Below the pieces are notes generated by a model. That model was not told the DNA's origin. It did not search any database and saw only the letters and a list, made by a program, of their open reading frames with translations. A stretch of 31,175 bases of DNA, taken from contig CAZPLO010000007.1 in the NCBI GenBank assembly GCA_964587725.1, positions 35,184-66,358 on the forward strand, given 5' to 3'. Numbering within the stretch: the stretch's first letter is position 1; the number at the start of each line of letters is the position of its first letter. Below, one piece after another: positions 22,015-29,826 of this stretch. The DNA is from an uncultured archaeon. GTDB lineage: Archaea > Altiarchaeota > Altiarchaeia > IMC4 > SCGC-AAA252-I15. The position numbers and the translations under genes were made by a program.

Positions 22015-23118
22015 ATGGCTGAAGAAGAGAAAACCGGCGGAGAAGAGGTGAAGGAGAAAGCCGAGGCTGCTGAAGAAAAGAAGGTGGAAGACCCCAAGAA
22101 AGCGGCGCCTGAAAAACAGAAGGCGGAGGCCGAAAAGAAAGACGCCGGAGAGAAGGGGGGGAAGGAGCCGAAGAAAGGGGAGGCCATGGAAAAGAAGGAA
22201 GAAACCGGGGAAAAGAAGAAGGCCGAGCCTAAGAAAGAGGATGAATCCGGCGGAAAGGGAGTGAAGAAGGCTGAAGAAAAAGCCGGAGAGAAACCATCAG
22301 AGAAAGAGGGCGAGGACGTCGAAGCCGCCGGAGACGAGCCTAAGGAGTCCGAGGAGGTGGTCGACGAGGCCGAGGACGAGAAACAGCTCAAGAAGAAGAT
22401 AAAAAAGAAGGAGCCGGGCAGGGACCGGAGGGACAGGGACGAACAGGAACTCCCGCCGTGGAAGCCCAAGACCCGACTGGGTATGCAGGTTAACAGCGGC
22501 GAGATAACGTCGATGCGCGACGTCATGGCCCAGCCCGCGCCCATAAAGGAGGTTGAGCTGGTGGACCGGCTTCTGCCCGACATGCAGGAGGAGATACTCA
22601 GCGTCGGCAGGGTGCAGCGTGTCACAGACTCCGGACGGAGGATGAGGTTCCGCGTCGTGTCGGCGGTCGGCAGCGGCGACGGATACGTGGGCGTCGGAGA
22701 ATCCAAGGGCAAGGAAGCCGGGCCGACCATCAGAAAAAGCATTGAAAGAGCGAAACTCAACATACGGGAAGTAAAGCGCGGGTGCGGCAGCTGGGAGTGC
22801 GGCTGCGGAATGCCCCACACCGTACCCTACAAGGTCGCCGGGAAATCCGGGAGCGTCACCGTCACATTGAAGCCCGCGCCCAGGGGCGTGGGGATAGTCA
22901 GCGGCCAGATAGCGAAGACCATAATCTCGCTGGCAGGCATAACCGACGTGTGGGTCACCACGGAAGGCCACAGCAGGACCGCCATAAACTTCGCCCACGC
23001 AGTCATAAACGCGCTTGAAAACACCAACTACGTGAAGGTGAAGGAGGGGGACGCGGACAACCTCAACATCGTCACCGGAGCGTCCGTTAAGAAGGAGGCA
23101 CAGGAGGAGATTCAATGA
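22015..23118 (+). CDS. rps5: 30S ribosomal protein uS5 with ~145-aa Lys/Glu-rich N-terminal extension
   Basis: Core starts at WKPKTRLG (W149); VQRVTDSGRRMRF, RGCGSWECGCGMPHTVP, LKPAPRGVG, LAGITDVW. Confidence 0.95.
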   Translation: MAEEEKTGGEEVKEKAEAAEEKKVEDPKKAAPEKQKAEAEKKDAGEKGGKEPKKGEAMEKKEETGEKKKAEPKKEDESGGKGVKKAEEKAGEKPSEKEGEDVEAAGDEPKESEEVVDEAEDEKQLKKKIKKKEPGRDRRDRDEQELPPWKPKTRLGMQVNSGEITSMRDVMAQPAPIKEVELVDRLLPDMQEEILSVGRVQRVTDSGRRMRFRVVSAVGSGDGYVGVGESKGKEAGPTIRKSIERAKLNIREVKRGCGSWECGCGMPHTVPYKVAGKSGSVTVTLKPAPRGVGIVSGQIAKTIISLAGITDVWVTTEGHSRTAINFAHAVINALENTNYVKVKEGDADNLNIVTGASVKKEAQEEIQ

Positions 23119-23588
23119 GCGCAATCGCAGTGGTCCGGGTACGGGGGACAACCCATGTGAGAGGCAACATAGAGGACACCATGGGGCATTTGAACGTGAC
23201 CAGGAAAAACCACTGCACCATAGTCCCCGACACCCCCCTGTACAGGGGGATGGTGCAGAAGGTGAAGGACTACGTCACCTTCGGGGAAGTCGGCGAGAAG
23301 ACGGTGGAGAAGCTGCTCAGGGAGAGGGGGAGGGTAACAGGCGGCAAGCAGGTCACGGACGAGTACGTGAAGGCTAACAGCGGACACGGCGACATCAAGG
23401 CCCTGTCTAAGGCTGTTGCAGCCGGGGAAACCACCCTGGGTTCGGTGAATGGGCTTAAGCCGGTGTTCAGACTCAACCCCCCCGCAAAAGGCTTCGAACG
23501 GAAGGGCATCAAGAAGCCGTATTCCGTCGGCGGGGCCCTCGGATACAGGGGGGATAAGATTAAGGGACTCGTGGAGAGGATGATTTAA
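23115..23588 (+). CDS. rpl30: 50S ribosomal protein uL30 (archaeal long form)
   Basis: IAVVRVRG, GMVQKVKDYVTFGE, PVFRLNPP.KGF, GGALGYRG. Confidence 0.95.
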   Translation: MSAIAVVRVRGTTHVRGNIEDTMGHLNVTRKNHCTIVPDTPLYRGMVQKVKDYVTFGEVGEKTVEKLLRERGRVTGGKQVTDEYVKANSGHGDIKALSKAVAAGETTLGSVNGLKPVFRLNPPAKGFERKGIKKPYSVGGALGYRGDKIKGLVERMI

Positions 23589-24070
23589 TGGCCCACGGAG
23601 ACCGCAGAACCGGGAGGAAACGGGGTAGCAGGACCCACGGCTACGGCAACGCCCAGAAGCACCGGGGAGCCGGGAGCAGAGGCGGCCGCGGCATGGCCGG
23701 CAGCAAGAAACACAAGTGGCAGCGCATCTCCAAGAACGAGCCCGGGAGATTCGGCAGGAAAGGATTTAAGAGGCCGGGCAGCTCGAAGCTGAACGCCGTC
23801 AACGTCGGACAACTGTCAGAGGACATACTCAGGTACGTGGAGTCCGGCATAGCAAAGGAGTCCAAGGGCGCATACGACGTCGACCTCGCTGCGGCGGGAA
23901 TAGACAAGCTGTTGGGTGCCGGCGCAGTCGACAAAAGACTCAACATAAAGGTGGGGGGCTGCTCTCCCAAGGCCAGGGGGAAGATAGAGGCCGCGGGCGG
24001 ATCGGTCGAGACGACATCAGAAGGGGAAGCCGTCGAGGAGCCTTCATCCGGTGAAGCAGATGAATCTTGA
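23588..24070 (+). CDS. rpl15: 50S ribosomal protein uL15
   Basis: RGSRTHGYG..KHRGAGSRGGRGMAG..KHKW, FGRKGF, DKLLGAG, KIEAAGGSV. Confidence 0.95.
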   Translation: MAHGDRRTGRKRGSRTHGYGNAQKHRGAGSRGGRGMAGSKKHKWQRISKNEPGRFGRKGFKRPGSSKLNAVNVGQLSEDILRYVESGIAKESKGAYDVDLAAAGIDKLLGAGAVDKRLNIKVGGCSPKARGKIEAAGGSVETTSEGEAVEEPSSGEADES

Positions 24071-25451
24071 GTTTGTCAGGCCGTTCATAAAGTACCTGCC
24101 GGAGGTTAAGATACCCGGCAGGAAGGTGCCGTTCAAGGAGAAGCTCATCTGGACCTCCGTCATACTTGTTCTGTTCTTCGTCATGGGCAACGTCTACCCC
24201 TACGGCGTAACCCCCGAAGGCCTTTCGGAGAGGATACAGGGGTTCGAGCAGATGACCATGATTTTCGCGAGCAGGATAGGCTCGCTCACGTCCGTCGGCA
24301 TCGGCCCGATTGTGACAGCGTCCATCATACTGCAGCTTCTGACCGGCGCGGAGATGATAGACGTGGACCTGAAGACCAAGGACGGTAAGGCGCTGTTCCA
24401 GGGGGCGCAGAAGATTCTCACAGTCATTATAGCGTTCTTCGAGGCGGGGGCGCTGGTGTACTTCACCAACATGGTGGAGGGGACGGCGCTGATAACGTTC
24501 ACCATATTGCAGATAGCCATGGGCTCGATACTGTTGATGTTCATGGACGAGATAGTGTCGAAGTGGGGCATAGGCTCCGGCATATCATTGTTCATAGCCG
24601 GCGGCGTCAGCCAGACCATAATAAGCGGCTCCATTAACCCGCTGACCAACCAGGCCGGCGCATTCTTCGGAGCCATACCCGGCTTCATAGTGCAGATGAT
24701 GGCAGGCAACATGGACTTGGTGCTGATTGCACCCATCATAGCGACGGTGCTGGTGTTCCTGATGGTGGTGTACGGGGAGAGCATGCGTTTGGAGATTCCC
24801 TTGTCCTACGGCGGCGTCCGCGGGATAGGCGCGCGGTTCCCGCTGCGTTTCTTCTACGTCAGCAACATACCCGTGATACTTGCGGCGGCGCTGCTCGCCA
24901 ACGTCCGCATGTGGACGGGGGCGTTGGGGGTCGACATAAGCTCGGCTGCCGCGTCCGAAAACCTCAACGCCTTCCAGAACATCGTATACACTGTGGGGAG
25001 GAACATCAGCCTTGGGAACCTGTACGGGATACTTCAGCCGCAGAGCTGGTACATACTATCCGACTCCGGCGTCCTCTTGCATCTGGTGATATACATTATA
25101 GTGTTCTGCGGATTGTGCGTGTTGTTCGGCCAGTTCTGGGTTCAGACCACTGGGCTGGACAGCGAGTCCGTGGCGAAGCAGATACAGGAGGGGGGGATGC
25201 AGATACCCGGGTTTCGCCGGGACAAGCGGGTGGTTAAGAGGGTTCTCGACAGATACATCCCGCAGGTAACCATCATAAGCAGCGTGGCAGTGGGGTTGGT
25301 TGCGGCGGTGGCGGACCTCATGGGGGCGTTGGGCTCCGGCACCGGCATACTGTTGACCGTCGGCATAATCTACCGCCTCTACGAGGAGCTGCAGAAGGAG
25401 CAGATGGCTGACATGAGCCCGATGTTCAGACGGTTCCTAGGCAAGGAGTAG
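24060..25451 (+). CDS. secY: Preprotein translocase subunit SecY (Sec61-alpha)
   Basis: LPEV, GIGPIVTASIILQLL, DEIVSKWGIGSGISLFI, FYVSNIPVIL, QIPGFRRD, GSGTGILLTVGI. Confidence 0.97.
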   Translation: MNLEFVRPFIKYLPEVKIPGRKVPFKEKLIWTSVILVLFFVMGNVYPYGVTPEGLSERIQGFEQMTMIFASRIGSLTSVGIGPIVTASIILQLLTGAEMIDVDLKTKDGKALFQGAQKILTVIIAFFEAGALVYFTNMVEGTALITFTILQIAMGSILLMFMDEIVSKWGIGSGISLFIAGGVSQTIISGSINPLTNQAGAFFGAIPGFIVQMMAGNMDLVLIAPIIATVLVFLMVVYGESMRLEIPLSYGGVRGIGARFPLRFFYVSNIPVILAAALLANVRMWTGALGVDISSAAASENLNAFQNIVYTVGRNISLGNLYGILQPQSWYILSDSGVLLHLVIYIIVFCGLCVLFGQFWVQTTGLDSESVAKQIQEGGMQIPGFRRDKRVVKRVLDRYIPQVTIISSVAVGLVAAVADLMGALGSGTGILLTVGIIYRLYEELQKEQMADMSPMFRRFLGKE

Positions 25452-25481
25452 ATTTTTAGGCCGTAAATCAGATTGTATACC

Positions 25482-26570
25482 ATGAAGGCTGCGTGGCCGC
25501 TTCTTTTGACAATCATCCTACTGTCCGGGTGCCTGGGCGAATACAGGGTCAAGCCGCATGAAAGCGGAGTCCGCGTGGAAGTCCACGAGGCCACCACCAC
25601 GTCGACGACCACCACATCCACAACAACCTCGACATTCTACATGGTGTGGTCGAGCACGTCGACGACGCAACGCAGGCAGGTGCCGATAGAGGCTCCGCAC
25701 GGCATAACCACCACCTCCGTGTCCACGTCCACCACCACGTCGGCGACGTCGACGACCACCACATCCACCACCACGACCACTTTGGAGGTCACCCTCAACC
25801 GGAGGGTTTACACACGCGGCGGAGAAAACGTATTCTACCTTCGGGAAGCAGACTATACGACGGGTGAGTGGGTCTACACCGTCGACTACAACACCTCCGA
25901 CGGACGGTGGGATACCATCGTGTTCGACGATGAAGCGTGCGTCGACGGGCTGAAGGCGGAGGTCGTCGGCATGGGCCCCGGCGTGGCGGTCACCCTCCGG
26001 GTGTCCGACATACCCTATGTGAGGGCGAACACACCCTCCGGCGCATCAGCCATCATGGTGGGCGGCGGCCTCGTCAACCGGAGCTTCGGAGACTACGTGT
26101 TCAGCCTCGACAGCCTCCACACGGACAGGGTTAAGCTGAGGGTTTACGGTCCGGAGGAGTCGAAGGTTATGGAGATACGGGACGGCGACGTAGTGTACAA
26201 CGACGACCTGGAGCTGGGCGTCATAGACTCGAGGGTGTCAGGCGGCTACGCCATCGTATACGCATTGGACGACAAGGCGTTGTTCAGGGAGCACGAGGGC
26301 GTCCGATTCTGCGGCCGCGACCTCCTAAGGTATGCGGACGCGACGCCGCTGCTGGTGAACGCCGGATACAACACCACATACAAGGGCATGAACTTGACCG
26401 TCAGAACCTACAAGGGGCCGACAGTCACACTCGGAGTGTACAGGGGAGACTTCCACCACGACTTCCAGATAACCTGCGGCAGCAGCCTCCTGCTGTTCGG
26501 CGAACGATTCAACATGCTGTGGTACGGGAAAGATGAGGGCGGAACCGCCAAGCTGGTTGCACACACCTAG
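25482..26570 (+). CDS. Putative lipoprotein with two Thr/Ser-rich linkers and beta-rich C-terminal domains
   Basis: Signal and lipobox MKAAWPLLLTIILLSGC; TTTSTTTTSTTTST and TTTSVSTSTTTSATSTTTTSTTTTT tracts. Confidence 0.8.
   Translation: MKAAWPLLLTIILLSGCLGEYRVKPHESGVRVEVHEATTTSTTTTSTTTSTFYMVWSSTSTTQRRQVPIEAPHGITTTSVSTSTTTSATSTTTTSTTTTTLEVTLNRRVYTRGGENVFYLREADYTTGEWVYTVDYNTSDGRWDTIVFDDEACVDGLKAEVVGMGPGVAVTLRVSDIPYVRANTPSGASAIMVGGGLVNRSFGDYVFSLDSLHTDRVKLRVYGPEESKVMEIRDGDVVYNDDLELGVIDSRVSGGYAIVYALDDKALFREHEGVRFCGRDLLRYADATPLLVNAGYNTTYKGMNLTVRTYKGPTVTLGVYRGDFHHDFQITCGSSLLLFGERFNMLWYGKDEGGTAKLVAHT
25592..25781 (+). repeat. Low-complexity ACC/ACG repeats encoding Thr tracts, including an exact 23-nt direct repeat
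   Basis: ACGTCGACGACCACCACATCCAC occurs at 25599-25621 and 25746-25768. Confidence 0.8.
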
Positions 26571-28078
26571 TCCTGCATCTCCTTCAGCTTCAGCTCCAGT
26601 TCGATGACCTTCATCTGATTGTCGCGTATGATTTCGCGGAAGCTTTCCTCGTCCAGCTCCCTGCGGTGGTATTTCGCCCTCGCTATCGCCATCATCTCCT
26701 CCAACTCCCGCTTCCTCCTCCCCAGCTCATCAGCGGATTCCTGTTCCCCCACTGAAACCCCGCTGCTTCTGCGGCGGCTTAGGAACAAGACGGCTGCGGC
26801 AGTCAACACGACAGCCAATACCGCGGCCACCAGCATCGCGTCCGGGCCCTCGTCGATTAACCGGATTTCACCGCAGTCCACCATGCAGTCTCCGGACCTG
26901 CGCTCCTGCTCGGTGCAGAATCCGTCGCCGCAGGAACCCGAGTCCGGGGCCTTTTGTTCGGATGCGACGTACAGTGTTTTGGCCGCATGGTTGTTGGCTT
27001 CGTCCGATTCATGTATCAGGTCGTTCAGGTATTCGAAGTTGGCGTTCCTGTCCACCTCCGCCTTCACCCTGAACGAACCTGTGGCGCCCAAGCCGAGGTT
27101 GTCTGTGAACGTGTGCGCCACCGTATCCCCTGGCTCCAGGGCCTCCCTGGATTCATAGTGGACTTCGGTGAGCGTGTCCCCGCTCCGGCCGTCCTCTATG
27201 AGGAGGAAAACCCAGAAATCCCGGACTACAGACGCTTCACCCACGTTCTCCACCTCCACGGTCACGTTGACCCTATCGTATCCAGTTGGTTTCGGGGGGT
27301 TAACCTCGATGGACTTGATTACCAGGTCCGGCTTCTCAGCCGGCTCCTCCACGGACTCGCACGACGACTGCCGGTAGCTGCATCTGCCGCCGCAGCAGAC
27401 ACCGGAGAGGCCGAACTCCTGTTCGAGGTCGGCGGGCAGGTTGCATTTTTCGCCGTCTTCAACCCCCAGGCACGCCAGCACCTCCATTTCCTTGGTCATC
27501 TCCTCTATGGACTCCGGCTTCCCGCCTCCGTCCACGATGTCTGAGCCGCAGTCGTCATAGCATTTCCCGCCCGCCCGCTCAGCGCCCGAGCAGATGCCGT
27601 CACCGCACACGTCCCAGGTGACACCCGAGCAGTCCTCCATGCAGTTGCCTTCCATCCGCTCCTGATCCGTGCAGAATCCGTCGCCGCAGAAGCTGCCGCA
27701 ACCTGATACGCCGAACCTGCAGAGGCGGGTGCAGCATGTGCCCTGAAGTTCATAGCCTAAGACCTTATTCAATCCCTGTGGGATGTCGCAGTCGCCTCCG
27801 TCTTCAACCTCCTTGCAGGAGTAACGCTGCAGTACCTCGTAGAGGTCGTATGATGATTGCCCTCTGGAACCGGAGCAGTCGTCCTGCCTGAACGTGCATT
27901 TGCCGTTGCAGCAGACACCCCATAACTCACGGTCGTATGGGGCAGGGACCTTGCAGGAGCCGCCTTCGGAGACGCCTGAGCAGATGTGTTTGGAGAAGGC
28001 GTCCACGATGCGGGCGGGCTCCTGAGAACACACTAAGCCTGTTAGGGAGAGCAAAACAAGGATTGCCAGATACCTCAT
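26567..28078 (-). CDS. Single-pass membrane protein: signal peptide, 3 six-Cys modules, 3 CGDGxC repeats, CARDB (Ig-like) domain, TM helix, charged helical tail
   Basis: Hydrophobic N-terminus; repeated Cys spacing; PDLVIKSIEVNP...VTVEVENVG...ESDEANN (CARDB hallmark); TM AMLVAAVLAVVLTAAAVLFL followed by RRR. Confidence 0.85.
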   Translation of the reverse strand: MRYLAILVLLSLTGLVCSQEPARIVDAFSKHICSGVSEGGSCKVPAPYDRELWGVCCNGKCTFRQDDCSGSRGQSSYDLYEVLQRYSCKEVEDGGDCDIPQGLNKVLGYELQGTCCTRLCRFGVSGCGSFCGDGFCTDQERMEGNCMEDCSGVTWDVCGDGICSGAERAGGKCYDDCGSDIVDGGGKPESIEEMTKEMEVLACLGVEDGEKCNLPADLEQEFGLSGVCCGGRCSYRQSSCESVEEPAEKPDLVIKSIEVNPPKPTGYDRVNVTVEVENVGEASVVRDFWVFLLIEDGRSGDTLTEVHYESREALEPGDTVAHTFTDNLGLGATGSFRVKAEVDRNANFEYLNDLIHESDEANNHAAKTLYVASEQKAPDSGSCGDGFCTEQERRSGDCMVDCGEIRLIDEGPDAMLVAAVLAVVLTAAAVLFLSRRRSSGVSVGEQESADELGRRKRELEEMMAIARAKYHRRELDEESFREIIRDNQMKVIELELKLKEMQD

Positions 28079-28079
28079 T

Positions 28080-28808
28080 TTATTCGTCGAGTATCTCCAT
28101 CCCCTTCTCCGTGAAACGGATGGTGTGTATGTTCTCGCTGTGGCGGGTCCGCCGCATCTTGTCTATGATGAGCGTCCGCCCGGGGTCCGGGCCGACGGTA
28201 ACGTAACGCAGCGTCACCACGCCGTCGACCACGTATTTCTCCGCCGCCTCGGTGATGTCGCCCGCTATCTCGTCCGAGATTATGAGGGTTGTCAACCCCA
28301 TCTTCTTCAACCGGTAGTTGAGGTCGAGTATGAGCCGCCGGAGGCTGCGGTCGTCTTCGAATGACATGGTCATGGAGCTGAGGCTGTCCAAAACCGCCCT
28401 CCTAGCGTTTATCTTCCCGGCGGCCTCCTCTATTATCTCCGTTATCTTTTCTATGGACGCCATGTCGGGGCTTATGTCGTGTGTGTCGGACTTTAGCTCC
28501 AGGAAGTCCCTGCCCTTCTCCCCCGTCAGTTTAGCGTTTATTATTATGAGCTTCCCCCCCTCCTCCAGCTTGGATATGTCGAGTCCTATGCTGCGCATGT
28601 CCTCCTTGAACTCTTCCGCGTCCTGCTCCAGCATCACGTAGATTCCGGGCTCCCCGAGTTCAATGACGCCGTTGTGTAGGAACTGGGTCGCGAATATGGT
28701 CTTCCCCGTCCCGCATGAGCCGTTCAACAGTATGGTCCGGCCGCGGGGAAGGCCCCCGCCGACCAGCCGGTCGAACCCCGAAATCCCCGTGGGACATCTG
28801 TCATCCAT
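28080..28808 (-). CDS. KaiC/RAD55-like RecA-superfamily ATPase, single domain
   Basis: TGISGFDRLVGGGLP, Walker A GSCGTGKT, Walker B AVLDS, YVVDGVV, IDKMRRTRHS. Confidence 0.92.
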   Translation of the reverse strand: MDDRCPTGISGFDRLVGGGLPRGRTILLNGSCGTGKTIFATQFLHNGVIELGEPGIYVMLEQDAEEFKEDMRSIGLDISKLEEGGKLIIINAKLTGEKGRDFLELKSDTHDISPDMASIEKITEIIEEAAGKINARRAVLDSLSSMTMSFEDDRSLRRLILDLNYRLKKMGLTTLIISDEIAGDITEAAEKYVVDGVVTLRYVTVGPDPGRTLIIDKMRRTRHSENIHTIRFTEKGMEILDE

Positions 28809-28845
28809 CTTAGCAACGTTAACCTATCAGCTTGCGGGAATAAAA

Positions 28846-29310
28846 CTACTCCACCTCCGCGAAAACAACCGTCTGAGGGGGTTTCCCCTCGCCTATGCAA
28901 CGGGGGCATGTGGCGTGGTACATGTAGGTTTCGCCCGCATCCGAGCCTTGCTCCCTTAAATCCGTCTTCGTCTCCCGCACGTACTTTCCGGAGTCGGCGT
29001 ACGGGCCCTGAAACAGCCTGCTGTAGTATCTGCCGGAAAGCGTTTCAATCGGGAGCTGATCCGTGAACCGGCTCACGGATATGAGCACGGACGAGTGGAA
29101 TGCCGTCTCATCGCGGCCCAGGTATATCATCGGCTCCGTCCACAGGTTATGTGAGCCTATTTCCTCCACCGCCTTCTCAACCACGGAGTCGAGGTTCAGG
29201 GGTATGTTGAAGAACGTCAGGTATGTTGCCCGGTAGAACGGCTTGTCATCCCAACTCCAGAACCTGCGGTCCCACGCCCCGGGGCCAAGGCGTCTGCAAC
29301 AATTCCTCAT
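28846..29310 (-). CDS. Conserved hypothetical protein, GyrI-like small-molecule-binding fold probable, with CC and CPRC motifs
   Basis: N-terminal CC...WD....WDDKPF, LSGRYYSRLFQGPY, YMYHATCPRC. Resembles a family often labelled 'hydrolase' (recalled, not searched). Confidence 0.65.
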   Translation of the reverse strand: MRNCCRRLGPGAWDRRFWSWDDKPFYRATYLTFFNIPLNLDSVVEKAVEEIGSHNLWTEPMIYLGRDETAFHSSVLISVSRFTDQLPIETLSGRYYSRLFQGPYADSGKYVRETKTDLREQGSDAGETYMYHATCPRCIGEGKPPQTVVFAEVE

Positions 29311-29765
29311 CCCTGTATCCCGCTCGTCATGTCCCTGACTTCGAAGATTATCTTCTGAACCCCGCCGGGGGCGTGCTCCTCCACGTAGGGTTTCAGAAGG
29401 ATGGTCTTGTCTTTGCCGTCTATGCTGACCTCAAGTGTGGCGGCAGGCTGGTGTTCGGAGTAAACCGGGGATGCGGTGCTGTACTCGTCCAATAGGCCGT
29501 AGACACCCAACTCCACCACCTCCTTTCCGAACCTACGATAACGCTCCTCGTCTATGCTGGCGGATTTCTCGTATGCGACGCGGCCATCGGGATAAAGTCT
29601 CCTGTAGGACACCACTGTGTTGTTCACAACGTATTCTGTGGTGTGGCGGTCTGCGGCCACCGCCCCGCCGGTTATAGTATATGATACGTAGACGTCGTCG
29701 TAGCTTTGGTTGGTTCCTGACTGAAGGCACCCGGACAGCAGCAGTATAATCAACAGCCTCTTCAT
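29307..29765 (-). CDS. Putative lipoprotein
   Basis: Lipobox MKRLLIILLLSGC; 4-nt overlap with the downstream gene; AT-rich promoter region upstream (29766-29826). Confidence 0.8.
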   Translation of the reverse strand: MKRLLIILLLSGCLQSGTNQSYDDVYVSYTITGGAVAADRHTTEYVVNNTVVSYRRLYPDGRVAYEKSASIDEERYRRFGKEVVELGVYGLLDEYSTASPVYSEHQPAATLEVSIDGKDKTILLKPYVEEHAPGGVQKIIFEVRDMTSGIQG

Positions 29766-29826
29766 CCATAGTATATTATATCAACGGAATAAAACGTCTT
29801 TTATCTCCGCCTTCATATTGGATTCT

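Noticed and set aside
25452-25470. Second DtxR box after secY (TTTTTAGGCCGTAAA)
   Set aside because: Only a half-site with no CCTAA arm; more likely a T-rich terminator or spacer.
25592-25781. CRISPR-like or DGR-like repeat
   Set aside because: Only two exact copies, in frame inside Thr-rich coding tracts; no spacers, cas genes or reverse transcriptase nearby.
28080-28808. Circadian clock KaiC or RadA/RadB recombinase
   Set aside because: Single domain, no kaiA/kaiB, no Ser-Thr phosphosite pair, and no RadA N-terminal domain.
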